A model generated the notes under the pieces. It ran no database searches. It was not told the origin of the DNA and saw only the letters and a program-made list of their open reading frames with translations. 64,000 nucleotides of DNA from Minisyncoccia bacterium (GTDB lineage Bacteria; Patescibacteriota; Minisyncoccia; Phycocordibacterales; UBA9973). The stretch spans positions 1,822 through 65,821 of the forward strand of contig JBBRWS010000005.1 in assembly GCA_038249055.1 (NCBI GenBank), in the 5' to 3' direction. This document shows, one piece after another, positions 48,906-58,419 of the stretch. The position numbers and the translations under genes are program-made. How positions within the stretch are numbered: the first letter of the stretch is position 1; every line of letters begins with the position of its first letter.

Positions 48906-49769
48906 ATGAAAACAAAATCTTATGTTGTTTCAGCAGATATCTATCTGCTTCTTACTAAGTGGGCAAAAGAAAAAAATTTCATTTTGCCGAGTAAAGAATT
49001 CTTTGATAAATTAAGAAAAGAATTCTCTCTCTACATGCTTCAAATTTTTTCTTCTTTTGAATTTATTTCAGAAGAAGAAATTTTGAAGCACATGCAAAGT
49101 GTTACAATAGAAAGTTTTCTTCCTGTTGTAACACTCGATTAAGTTTATTGCCCTTCTGTTTATGGTATAGATCTTACTAGGAAAGTAGATTTAAAGGGTG
49201 TAGACAAGGGTCTCTATGGCCGTTTTGGTAGCCCATCATTTTTGAAACAAATTAATGATTTAAAAATGAAAGGCATAAGACAAATTTGTTTAGTTGATGA
49301 TGTCATTTTTTCTGGAGTACTCATTGATAGGTTGATAAAGGTGCTTTGTGGTTATGGAATAACTGTTCCCCTAGTGTGTGCAGGTATAGGAATAATAGAA
49401 GGCATAGATCGTATCACAAATGGGAAAAAGATTAAAATTGATTGTGCAAAAGTTTATGATGATGTAATTGATGAAGTATGTGAAAGAGATTTTTATCTTG
49501 GCGTACCTTATTCTGGAAGATCAGTAATAGATAACGAGAATATCAGTATTCCTTATTTTCTTCCTTATGGTAAACCAGGAGATTGGGCATCTATTCCAAT
49601 CCCCTTTGAAATTGAGTTTTCAAAATTTTGCATAGGCCAATCAATTTCTTTATTTGAAGAAATAGAGATAGTGTCAAAAAGAAAAGTTTGCTGTTCAGAT
49701 ATTGAACGCAAAATACCAAAACAACCTAAAGTAGGGAATTATGTTGATTTCTTAAAAAGTATTATTTAA
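48906..49769 (+). pseudogene. Phosphoribosyltransferase-like gene interrupted by one in-frame TAA
   Basis: 48906..49142 and 49242..49769 share frame with open sequence between; PRPP-loop-like ICLVDDVIFSG. Confidence 0.75.
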
Positions 49770-49847
49770 ATTTATTAAAACCTTGGATTAAGCGATTCAA
49801 GGTTTTTATTTTACGACATTAAAAAATAAAATGATATAATCTATCAT

Positions 49848-50783
49848 ATGGTAAGTGAACTAGAACAACTAAAAAGGGAATTTCTTGAACACGTTGAAAT
49901 AGAAAAAGGAAACAGCCTAAAAACTGTAAATAATTATAATTATTACATTTCGCGATTTTTTGAATTTGCAAAAATATCGGAACCAAAAGAAATAACTGAT
50001 GAAAAAATTCGTGAGTTCAGGTTGTATTTGAATCGTCAACCGGGTGTAAAAATAAAAGGTCAACAATCAGGTACTCTTAAAAAAAATACTCAGAATTATC
50101 ATTTGATTGCTCTCCGAACTTTTCTTAAATATCTAATGAAAAGAGGCATTACTTCTCTCTCCCCCGAACGTATAGACTTGGCTAAAATAAAAGAGCGCTC
50201 GCTTGATTTGATTTCGTCTGCAGAATTAAATAGATTATTGAATGCACCGATGACACAACCCATTACAGATAAGAAATTTGATAATCAAAAAAGATTAAGA
50301 GACAAAGCAATTTTAGAATTATTTTTTTCAACAGGATTACGTTTGTCTGAACTTTGCTCTATTAATAGAGATTTGGATTTATCAAAAGATGAATTTTCAA
50401 TTCGTGGAAAAGGAGAAAAAGTGAGAGTTGTGTTTTTATCTGATTCAGCAAAAGAGGCAATTCGTGAATATTTAAAAAGTCGTAAAGATATGGATGAACC
50501 CCTATTTATTCAATATTCAAGTAATGTAGGAGAAAGTAATAGACTGACACCTCGTTCGATAGAAAGAATTGTAAAATATTATGCTATTGTAGCTGGTATC
50601 TCAAAAAAGGTTACACCTCATATTATTCGTCACTCTTTTGCTACAGATTTACTTTCAAATGGTGCGGATATACGTTCTGTTCAGATGATGCTCGGACATG
50701 CAAATATAGCAACCACACAAATCTATACACATATTACTGATAAGCAACTTAAAGATGTTCATAAAAAATTTCACAGTAAATAA
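49848..50783 (+). CDS. XerC/XerD-family tyrosine recombinase
   Basis: RDKAILE.FFSTGLRLSEL, GKGEK.R, TPH..RHSFAT, LGH...TTQIYTH. Confidence 0.95.
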   Translation: MVSELEQLKREFLEHVEIEKGNSLKTVNNYNYYISRFFEFAKISEPKEITDEKIREFRLYLNRQPGVKIKGQQSGTLKKNTQNYHLIALRTFLKYLMKRGITSLSPERIDLAKIKERSLDLISSAELNRLLNAPMTQPITDKKFDNQKRLRDKAILELFFSTGLRLSELCSINRDLDLSKDEFSIRGKGEKVRVVFLSDSAKEAIREYLKSRKDMDEPLFIQYSSNVGESNRLTPRSIERIVKYYAIVAGISKKVTPHIIRHSFATDLLSNGADIRSVQMMLGHANIATTQIYTHITDKQLKDVHKKFHSK

Positions 50784-50822
50784 ATATAAAACGCTCACAG
50801 GTTTTTAATCTGTGAGCATTTT

Positions 50823-51356
50823 TTATTTTATGTTTATTAAATTGGGATTTTGTAATACAATATCCCAAAGTCCATTATACCCCATTTTTTCAGGGTATGA
50901 GACTGCTTCTTCTGCAGAAAGAGCAAAAATAAAATTTTTAATGTCTTCTCCTTTAATAACAAGTCCCCAAAAATGATTACAGTTAATTTTCTTTGCAATT
51001 TCTAATTTTTCTTCGGGTCCTTTGTCTTTTAGAAATAGCTCAGTTTTTGAGGTTAGAGCGCCAGAAATCATTTTCCAAAAACCATGATGGTTTATTTTTT
51101 CTATTATATTAAAGGCGGTCACAACATCTGTGTCCTCTCTTGTAATGTAACTTATTGGAACTTTCCAGCTATCTCCCTCATAAGCAAAAGCAATAATTTC
51201 AGCTTCTCTGTTGGTTAATTTTGGGTTTAAAATTTCTGAAACCCATAATTCCAAATCGTTAATTTTTTTTAGAAGATGAACTTTATCTACCAACTGCTTG
51301 TCCTCGGCTCCGTTTGAGCCTTCATCAAAATTTTTTTTAAAGTCAAAATTTTTCAT
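50823..51356 (-). CDS. Hypothetical protein
   Basis: 177 aa ORF with AGGAGG upstream; weak internal KIN..xFW repeats. Confidence 0.7.
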   Translation of the reverse strand: MKNFDFKKNFDEGSNGAEDKQLVDKVHLLKKINDLELWVSEILNPKLTNREAEIIAFAYEGDSWKVPISYITREDTDVVTAFNIIEKINHHGFWKMISGALTSKTELFLKDKGPEEKLEIAKKINCNHFWGLVIKGEDIKNFIFALSAEEAVSYPEKMGYNGLWDIVLQNPNLINIK

Positions 51357-51442
51357 TTCAGGCCTCCTTTAATTTAAATGATTTTATCTTTTTCACATTA
51401 TAACACTTTTTAATAGTCAACGTATTTTTTATAATATATAAT

Positions 51443-52237
51443 ATGACAATGAAGATTATATCTTGGAATACAAATGGATTACGAGCAACAGTAAAACAAG
51501 GGAACTTTATTCCCCTCTTTGCTTTTAATAACCCAGATATTGTTTGTTTTCAGGAAACCAAATGTGAAAAAGATCAGCTTGACGAAAAAACGAGAAATTT
51601 AAATGGTTATAATTCATATTTTTCACATTCAAAAGACAAAAAAGGCTATAGTGGTGTAGCTATATATTCAAAATTAAAACCAGACAATGTAGAATATGGG
51701 ATTGGAATTCCTAAATTTGATGACGAAGGAAGAACAATCGTCGCATATTATAAAGATTTTATTTTAATAAACTGTTATTTTCCTAATGGAGGTGGGGGCC
51801 CAGAACGGTTAAAATATAAATTGGAATTTTATGACGCTTTTTTGTTGTTTATTAATAAATTAAAGGATGAAAAGAAAAATGTAATATTTTGTGGTGATGT
51901 GAATACTGCTCACGAAGAAATAGATTTAGCACGTCCAAAAGCAAACGAAGATAATACCGGTTTTCTTCCTGTGGAGCGTGCTTGGCTTGATGAAGTTATA
52001 AATAATGGATGGGTAGATATATTTCGAAATTTTTATCCAGAAAAAAGAGAAGTTTATACTTATTGGGATATGAAAACTCGGGCACGAGATAGAAATGTAG
52101 GATGGAGGATAGATTATTTTTTTACCAACCAGTCTTTTGTAAAAAATATAAAAAGTTTTAAAACAATGTCAGATTATTATGGATCAGATCATTGCCCTAT
52201 AATGATTGACATTAAACTCCAATCGGGCGTACAATAG
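51443..52237 (+). CDS. xth: Exodeoxyribonuclease III / AP endonuclease
   Basis: ISWNTNGLR, QETK, GYSGVA, YFPNG, GDVNTAH, GWRIDYF, SDHCP. Confidence 0.97.
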   Translation: MTMKIISWNTNGLRATVKQGNFIPLFAFNNPDIVCFQETKCEKDQLDEKTRNLNGYNSYFSHSKDKKGYSGVAIYSKLKPDNVEYGIGIPKFDDEGRTIVAYYKDFILINCYFPNGGGGPERLKYKLEFYDAFLLFINKLKDEKKNVIFCGDVNTAHEEIDLARPKANEDNTGFLPVERAWLDEVINNGWVDIFRNFYPEKREVYTYWDMKTRARDRNVGWRIDYFFTNQSFVKNIKSFKTMSDYYGSDHCPIMIDIKLQSGVQ

Positions 52238-52454
52238 AACTATATTTGTCCTTTGTGATTGATTGCACTATATATTGATTGATTGTATTTGATCCTGCCT
52301 TTGTTGGCGATTTAATTCTCATTGGTTAATAATAATGGTTTTCTTTCTTGTTTTTAAATGGAAAATAGGCTTAGTTTATCTAAGCCTATTTTTATTTGAC
52401 TAAATTCGTTATAAGTCGTAATATCAAGAAAAAATATACCTAAAATTTATAACT

Positions 52455-52910
52455 ATGAGTTTTGAAGAAGATGAAGAAGTATTTGATGTTGAAATATTAA
52501 ATACTGATATGCCTGAAGATTTGAAGGTTTTTATGGAAAAATGGGAGTTATCCTTACAAGATGAATTACCTCTAATTAGCCCTGGATTTAAAAAACTGGG
52601 ATTAAAAAATATTTCTATGAAACTGTCTGAAATTTATTTATATTTAGACCAAATTTCTTCTCAGGCGGACACGGCAAATGCCTGTCATCTTGGTTTTGCG
52701 TATGGTCTTTTGAATAACAAAGAAAAAATTCCTAAAGAACTAAAAGAATACATTCTTATTTTTAAGACAATCTTTGTAGACAAGCAAGGTCTTAAATCTT
52801 TTATGTGCTTAGATTGTGCTTATGGAAAAAAAGAATGGGGTTTTAATTTTATTGCTGAAGGTTTTATTACCCCACCAGAAAGAGCCCGTTTTCTTTGTTG
52901 TATTGAATAG
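52455..52910 (+). CDS. Hypothetical protein
   Basis: 151 aa ORF with TTGACT/TAATAT promoter-like element and downstream hairpin. Confidence 0.7.
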   Translation: MSFEEDEEVFDVEILNTDMPEDLKVFMEKWELSLQDELPLISPGFKKLGLKNISMKLSEIYLYLDQISSQADTANACHLGFAYGLLNNKEKIPKELKEYILIFKTIFVDKQGLKSFMCLDCAYGKKEWGFNFIAEGFITPPERARFLCCIE

Positions 52911-52956
52911 TATAAAAATAATAATTTAAAACCAGAACGATTTTTTCGCTCTGGTT

Positions 52957-53952
52957 TTAATTTTTTTCGGCTATTTTTTGTAGTGCTTTTTCTTGTTCCT
53001 CGTTTAGTAATCCATTAAAGAGATTTTTGAATACACTTTTTTTAATTTCAGGAGATAAATATTTCCATGGGCCAGCAAGTGGTTTTCCGGACTTTTCCCA
53101 TTTTGTAAATACATCTTGTAAAACATTATTGTTTATTTCCACATATATAATATCATCCACCTCAACACCACGCATTTTTGCTTTATTTATTTGCTCCATT
53201 TTGTGTTCTGATTTGCTTGTGTTTGTAGTAAATTGAACACCGATTGATTTTTCTTCAAATTGACTTTCAAGTTTATTTATACCCACTCCACGTTTTTTCT
53301 GTTTAGTATTAATAATAAAATCTATTTTATTATTAACATCCTGATATGCATTTGCTTCTAATATTGTAAAACCTAAGTCTGAGTGGTCTATAGATAAACC
53401 TTCAAGAACTCCGATAATAATTTGTTCAGCAATAACTCCAAATTGTTTACTTTCAACACCCGAACGAATCGCGATTTGATTATAAGCTTCAGCCTTTAGC
53501 GCATCATCATTTTTTGTTGTTTTTGAAAGACTTGAAGCTAATTCCTTGTTTAATTTCTGATATAAATGGTCATTTAATATAGATTCTGTCATCAATTTAC
53601 GAATTTTTTTGCCATCACCTGATGACTCTATTGATTCAGGTATTGTAAATTGTATACCTAATCTTCTTGCGCTAACAATATTACCAATACTTACATCTTT
53701 TTCACTTCCAGCAGAGAAGGTTTTTTTATATTTGTCATATCCTACTAGTCTACCTTCTTGTGTTTCCATAGTTTCTTTTATTTGTGGAATTTCTTTTTCA
53801 ATGTCTTTAATTATGCCAGAGATAGTATTTTGTTCAATAAATATAGACTCATCGCCCAAAAATGAATTGGCATTTTGATTTGAATTATAAAAATTAATAT
53901 TTTCTTTGGAAATATTGTTTTTTGTGGGGTTTGTTTCCATTTTAAATTCCAT
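52957..53952 (-). CDS. Hypothetical protein with possible PD-(D/E)XK nuclease-like C-terminus
   Basis: G.IAE ... QDV..KIDFII ... IGVQFT spacing. Confidence 0.65.
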   Translation of the reverse strand: MEFKMETNPTKNNISKENINFYNSNQNANSFLGDESIFIEQNTISGIIKDIEKEIPQIKETMETQEGRLVGYDKYKKTFSAGSEKDVSIGNIVSARRLGIQFTIPESIESSGDGKKIRKLMTESILNDHLYQKLNKELASSLSKTTKNDDALKAEAYNQIAIRSGVESKQFGVIAEQIIIGVLEGLSIDHSDLGFTILEANAYQDVNNKIDFIINTKQKKRGVGINKLESQFEEKSIGVQFTTNTSKSEHKMEQINKAKMRGVEVDDIIYVEINNNVLQDVFTKWEKSGKPLAGPWKYLSPEIKKSVFKNLFNGLLNEEQEKALQKIAEKN

Positions 53953-53972
53953 AGGCCTATTATATCATTCTT

Positions 53973-55520
53973 TTAAACACCGTGCTTTTTATGTAACTTT
54001 TCAACTTCTTCTTCTTCCATTTTGTCTTTTTTCTCTTTACCCCTCTCCCCTAGAACTTTTAGTTCAGCATCTCCAAGCATATTTAGTGATTTTACTAATT
54101 CAGATAAGTGAATTTCTGTATTTTTGGATGGGTCATCTAGAACTTCTTCAAGAAGTGCACTTAAAATCCAGCCCATACGAGGAGATGGTTTCACATGTAA
54201 CGTTTTAATCATATATTCCCCATCTATAGCTAATTGGCCTACAGATATTGGATCATGTAGAACCTCTTCAATCATAGCGTGATATTTACGTAAGCGATAT
54301 GGGGCCTCTTTCTTTTTCATACCAACCCTATCACATTCTCGTACATTCATAAGTTCCCAAATATGTTCCTTCCCTACATTTTGAACAACACGACGGACTG
54401 CGGAAAGAGTGATTGTTTCTGTATCTGAGAAAAACATATGACCACGAACCAATTTCAACACCAAGTCGGTTGTTTTTTGGGGAAATTTTAATCTATCCAT
54501 TATTTGTTTCGTCATTCTGGCTCCAACAACTTCATGTCCGTAAAATGTATATTTCCCTTTTCCACCAGCTTTTGTTCCGTCCCAGCGTCTTGTTTTAGGT
54601 TTACCGACATCGTGAAACAGCGCCGCTAATCGAATTTCTAGAGACCAACTTTTTTTTACCGCATGGCCAAGAGCATGAAGTAAATGTTCCCATACGTCAT
54701 AAATATGCTCACCTTTTTGCTCACATCCAATTCCCTCTTCCAGTTCAGGAATTATATATTTAAGAAGATTAAGTTTAGAAAGAAGACTAAGGCCAAGAAC
54801 TGAGTCATCTGACATAATGATTTTTATAAATTCATCTCTAATGCGTTCAAAAGATATATTCTTGATTAATTCTGAATTATCAACAATTGCTCGTGTTATA
54901 TCACTAGATAATATAAATCCCAGTTGAGCTGAAAAACGGATAGCGCGAATCATTCGAAGGGCATCCTCATTAAATCTATCTTCGGGATTTCCGACTGCTC
55001 TTATAATTTTGTCCTTTATGTCCTTTTGTCCATTAAAATAATCAACAATTTGTCCTTTTCCTGGATTATATGCTAAAGCGTTTATTGTAAAATCACGTCT
55101 TTTAAGATCATCTTCTAAATTATTACTAAATTTTACATCATCTGGATGTCTAAAATCACTATATTTTGCTTCAATTCTATATGGAGTTACTTCAATTATA
55201 TAATACTTTGTTTCAGGTGAAACAATATTTTTACTCATTTCTGATGTTTCACATGTAACATTATTTAATTCCTTTGGTATACACACACCAACTGTGCCAA
55301 ATTTGTTCTCGTATATAGTCTTTTCAAATAATGAAATAATTTCGTCTGGTTTTGCGTTTGTAGTAATATCCCAATCGTTTGGTTCCCTGTTCATTATAAG
55401 ATCACGGACACAACCCCCGACTAAAAAAACTTGAAATCCGGATTTTTCAAGTGTTTCTGTTACACGTGTAACATATTTTGGGATTAAATTATTATTTATA
55501 GTCGTTAGTTTTTTTTCCAT
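53973..55520 (-). CDS. cca: CCA tRNA nucleotidyltransferase with HD domain
   Basis: LVGGCVRD, DWDITT, RRDFTINA, EDALR..RA.RF, ERIRDE, HDVGK. Confidence 0.92.
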   Translation of the reverse strand: MEKKLTTINNNLIPKYVTRVTETLEKSGFQVFLVGGCVRDLIMNREPNDWDITTNAKPDEIISLFEKTIYENKFGTVGVCIPKELNNVTCETSEMSKNIVSPETKYYIIEVTPYRIEAKYSDFRHPDDVKFSNNLEDDLKRRDFTINALAYNPGKGQIVDYFNGQKDIKDKIIRAVGNPEDRFNEDALRMIRAIRFSAQLGFILSSDITRAIVDNSELIKNISFERIRDEFIKIIMSDDSVLGLSLLSKLNLLKYIIPELEEGIGCEQKGEHIYDVWEHLLHALGHAVKKSWSLEIRLAALFHDVGKPKTRRWDGTKAGGKGKYTFYGHEVVGARMTKQIMDRLKFPQKTTDLVLKLVRGHMFFSDTETITLSAVRRVVQNVGKEHIWELMNVRECDRVGMKKKEAPYRLRKYHAMIEEVLHDPISVGQLAIDGEYMIKTLHVKPSPRMGWILSALLEEVLDDPSKNTEIHLSELVKSLNMLGDAELKVLGERGKEKKDKMEEEEVEKLHKKHGV

Positions 55521-55540
55521 AAGAAAATTAGACTACGATA

Positions 55541-55668
55541 TTTTTGTGCGATAGATATCTAGGAGAATCGCGAGATACTCTAGCTGGTACTTTTCTATCT
55601 TCGATAAGGAAAAGTCTTCCGATTCTCCTATGAGAGCAAAACTATTTGCTCTCTATCCCGCACAAAAA
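55541..55668 (-). ncRNA. tRNA-trailer structured element matched to tRNA-Gly(GCC)
   Basis: tgtgcgggatag-hairpin-taggagaatcggAAG ACTTTTC..GAAAAGT ACC..GTA loop..cgattctccta. Confidence 0.6.
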
Positions 55669-55832
55669 GCTTAGCTTATTTTTGTGCGGGATACCCAGTA
55701 GGTCATTTTGCTAAATGACCCGTGAGGTCATTCTACTGAATGAGGATCATCAATTCCGATTCTCCTATTAAATTTAACCTGCAATATCGTTCTACTTGTT
55801 AACTTATACATAATAACCGTATATTTTTTTTG

Positions 55833-55903
55833 TGCGGGATAGGAGAATCGGACTCCTGTCTCATCCTTGGCAAGGACGTGTTCTACCACTAAACCAATCC
55901 CGC
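55833..55903 (-). tRNA. tRNA-Gly(GCC)
   Basis: Cloverleaf GCGGGAT/ATCCCGC, anticodon arm CGTCC-TTGCCAA-GGATG; no encoded CCA. Confidence 0.95.
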
Positions 55904-56034
55904 AACCATAAAATAACTTATAAAGTATAATCATTTTTAGTAAAAAATGCAATTATGAATAAATGCTTATTTTAAAAGCTGATTTACTAAAAAATAAAAT
56001 TAGTATACAATAATATTAATCAAATATTGTATAT

Positions 56035-56106
56035 GCGCCCGTAGCTCAACGGATAGAGTACTTGTCTTCGGAACAAGTGATGTGGGTTCGATTCCTGCCG
56101 GGCGCA
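56035..56106 (+). tRNA. tRNA-Arg(TCG)
   Basis: GCGCCCG/CGGGCGC, anticodon arm CTTGT-CTTCGGA-ACAAG, GGTTCGATTCC. Confidence 0.95.
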
Positions 56107-56112
56107 CAAAAA

Positions 56113-56223
56113 GCCCGAGCTCCGTCCCTGCGGACGGAGCGTGCAGGAATCGAAAGATTTTTCGATGTCGAGCTTGTGAGACCGAAAAATACCAGACTAA
56201 GTAATAGTCGATTCCTGCCGGGC
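56113..56223 (+). ncRNA. tRNA-trailer structured element matched to tRNA-Arg
   Basis: gcccg-hairpin(CTGC loop)-gcaggaatcgAAAG ATTTTTC..GAAAAAT ACC A GACTA-agtaa-TAGTC gattcctgccgggc. Confidence 0.65.
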
Positions 56224-56719
56224 TAAATCAAAATCTTAAACTTATTTTAAAATGTGAAATGTACACTGAGAATGGTAAATAATTCTACTCGCGGTCCTGC
56301 CGGGCGCACCCTATATTTCCTGAATATACAAATTAAATACGAGACCTTACTTTTGACCTTTATGCGTCCTTTATCCCCACAAAAAAGCCTTAAAAATTAA
56401 TAATTTTGTGGATAACTATGTGTGTATTGTTTATAAAAGACAATTATGTCATAGTAGTTTTGAAAGACATTATTTTAAAATTCAATAATATATGTTGTTA
56501 TATAAAGATATTTTTAGATTTGAGTCCTTAATCGAAGATTTTTGTCCATTAAAGACAAAATCGTTTCACGTGAAACGATTTAATTTGTTACACATGTAAC
56601 AAAGCTGTTAAATATATGAATTTACAAAAATTTTTTAATAAACATAGATTATTAGTAATATATTTTACACAATTCTATTATTTTAAATATAAAAATGAAT
56701 TGAGTAAATAATTTGGCTG

Positions 56720-57115
56720 ATGAAGAATTTTATATCTGGTACACAAAAAATAGGAGAATTAGGTGAAGGAGTTGCCTGTATGTTTCTTGTGAAACATGGT
56801 TTTGATATTTTGGAAAGAAATTATACTAAAAAATGGGGAGAAATTGATATTATTGCTCAAAAAGGTGATAAAAGATACTTTATTGAAGTTAAATCTAAAA
56901 GTGTACTAAGTTTAGATTTTGTATCAAATAATGAAGGAAGACCCGAAGAAAATATGCATCCATGGAAGATGAAGAGACTAAGAAGGGTAGTTGAAACGTA
57001 TTTAATCAGTCAAAGACTTGGGTATGTTGATTGGCAGTTTGATCTATTTGTAGTGTATTTGGATATAGATGGTAGAAAAGCGAGAGTTAAGGTGATGGAG
57101 AATATAATATTGTAA
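56720..57115 (+). CDS. YraN family (UPF0102) nuclease-like protein
   Basis: G..GE..A..FL...G..ILERN....GEIDIIA......FIEVK. Confidence 0.92.
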   Translation: MKNFISGTQKIGELGEGVACMFLVKHGFDILERNYTKKWGEIDIIAQKGDKRYFIEVKSKSVLSLDFVSNNEGRPEENMHPWKMKRLRRVVETYLISQRLGYVDWQFDLFVVYLDIDGRKARVKVMENIIL

Positions 57116-57164
57116 GATATTATTTGAGTTTTTATCAATTTTAGTGTATATTATTATGGTATTT

Positions 57165-57235
57165 GCGGGATTAGTTTATCGGTAAAATAACAGTTTTCCA
57201 AACTGTGGTGAAGGGTTCGACTCCCTTATCCCGCA
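57165..57235 (+). tRNA. tRNA-Gly(TCC)
   Basis: GCGGGAT/ATCCCGC, anticodon arm ACAGT-TTTCCAA-ACTGT, GGTTCGACTCC. Confidence 0.95.
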
Positions 57236-57267
57236 CAATTATAAAAACCAGCTTCGGCTGGTTTTTA

Positions 57268-57496
57268 TGTGCGGGATAGGAAGCAGACTACTCTGCTTCC
57301 GTAAGGGAGTCAAAGGGCTTTTCATTATAAATTTAGACCCTGTCTAAATTTATTGAAAAGGCATACTGTCCTCGTAGAGGAAGGCTCCCTTTGTTTTTAT
57401 CTGCGGACGGAGCGTAAGGGAGTCGAAAGATTTTTCTTTATTTTGATATTAATCAAAATAGAAAAATACCCGAATAGGTTGTATTCGACTCCCTAA
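57268..57496 (+). ncRNA. Two tandem tRNA-trailer elements matched to tRNA-Gly(TCC)
   Basis: tgtgcgggata-hairpin-aagggagtc...ggctccctt and ctgcggacggagcgt-aagggagtcgAAAGATTTTTC..GAAAAATACC..ttcgactccct. Confidence 0.65.
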
Positions 57497-57622
57497 TTTA
57501 ATTTATCTGGATGCCATATTTTATTAAACCTGGACTATGAGTAGAACCGGGATATATTCCTGTATTCATGGCCGGGACCGGCATTAGCCTTATCGAAAAT
57601 TACAGGAATATTTGAATAGGGT

Positions 57623-57795
57623 CCGGGATCGTGAGTACACTTATCGACGATTACATCGTCAGGTACTTTTCGCTCTGGCTAATGCCAGAGAACGAAAAAT
57701 CTTTCGATTCCCGGGCACGAGTGAAGCAGTTCACTCGTTCACCCCGACAATAAGTAAAAACCACAATAATAAATTATTGTGGTTTTTACTTATTG
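57623..57795 (-). ncRNA. tRNA-trailer element matched to tRNA-Pro plus long perfect hairpin
   Basis: Minus strand: tgtcggggtg-hairpin(CTGC loop)-ccgggaatcgAAAGATTTTTCG..CGAAAAGTACCT GACGA-tgtaa-TCGTC gat. Confidence 0.65.
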
Positions 57796-57866
57796 TCGGG
57801 GTGCCGGGAATCGAACCCGGCCCTTATGTTCCCAAAACATAGATACTACCGATATACTACACCCCG
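57796..57866 (-). tRNA. tRNA-Pro(TGG)
   Basis: CGGGGTG/CACCCCG, anticodon arm TATGT-TTTGGGA-ACATA, GGTTCGATTCC. Confidence 0.95.
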
Positions 57867-57935
57867 ATGTAATTTATCTATCTTAGCATATTTTGTACTA
57901 AAAACAATTTTTAATATTTTGACAAATTTGTTAAT

Positions 57936-57950
57936 TGCAAGTGACTTGCA
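57936..57950. promoter_or_regulatory. 7-1-7 palindrome, probable Fur/Zur box
   Basis: TGCAAGT-G-ACTTGCA in the promoter of the Fur-family/ZIP operon. Confidence 0.65.
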
Positions 57951-57970
57951 TTTGTGATAAACTAAATATT

Positions 57971-58414
57971 GTGAAAAATACAAATGATAATATATTTAAT
58001 ATTGATAATTTATTAAAGGAGAAAGGATATAAAGTTACCCAAGCTCGAATCGCTATCTTAAATTTGTTTTTAAAAAGTAAATTTCCACTTAGTGCACTAG
58101 ATATTTATAAAGAAATAATTAAAAATAATAAAATAAAAAAAATTAATGAGGTTACAATATATAGAACTTTATCATCATTAGAAAAAAGTGAAATTTTAAA
58201 AAAAATAAACTTAAGAAGAGATTCAGTATATTTTGAATTAAATAATGATCATCATCACCATATTATTTGTACCAGCTGCGGGCTCCTTGAGGATTTTAAA
58301 GAAAATAAAGATATAGAAAAATTATTGGAAAATATTATAGAAAAGTCGACTAAGTTTAAAAAAGTAAAAGAGCACTCCTTGGAATTATTTGGGATTTGTA
58401 AGGTTTGTAATTAA
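57971..58414 (+). CDS. Fur-family (probably Zur) regulator
   Basis: KVTQAR, TIYRTL, HHHHIICTSCG, C-terminal CKVC; GTG 57971 start inferred. Confidence 0.92.
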   Translation: MKNTNDNIFNIDNLLKEKGYKVTQARIAILNLFLKSKFPLSALDIYKEIIKNNKIKKINEVTIYRTLSSLEKSEILKKINLRRDSVYFELNNDHHHHIICTSCGLLEDFKENKDIEKLLENIIEKSTKFKKVKEHSLELFGICKVCN

Positions 58415-58419
58415 TAAAA

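Larger units (their letters stand above)
54187..56601. other. Cluster of six parS-like 16-bp palindromes
   Basis: 54187 GGTTTCACATGTAACG, 55209 TGTTTCAGGTGAAACA, 55245 TGTTTCACATGTAACA, 55458 TGTTACACGTGTAACA, 56562 CGTTTCACGTGAAACG, 56586 TGTTACACATGTAACA. Confidence 0.85.

Noticed and set aside
49140-49142. Stop-codon reassignment (code 25 or other)
   Set aside because: TGA, TAA and TAG all terminate conserved or long genes here, and long ORFs are intact in code 11
49848-50783. Tyrosine recombinase as prophage/integron integrase
   Set aside because: Xer-like size and motifs; no IntI insertion, attC array or phage genes nearby
55728-55952. 74-aa ORF
   Set aside because: Overlaps tRNA-Gly(GCC); spurious
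56113-56310. tRNA 3' fragments as attL/attR of an integrated island
   Set aside because: Copies are mostly inverted, within 200 bp, and enclose no genes; treated as trailer elements instead
56340-56719. Alternative oriC near parS (gene orientation flips around 47-57 kb)
   Set aside because: The dnaA-dnaN gap has tandem boxes, trio-like repeats and an AT tract; skew could not be computed
57612-57842. 76-aa ORF
   Set aside because: Antisense to tRNA-Pro and its trailer element; spurious
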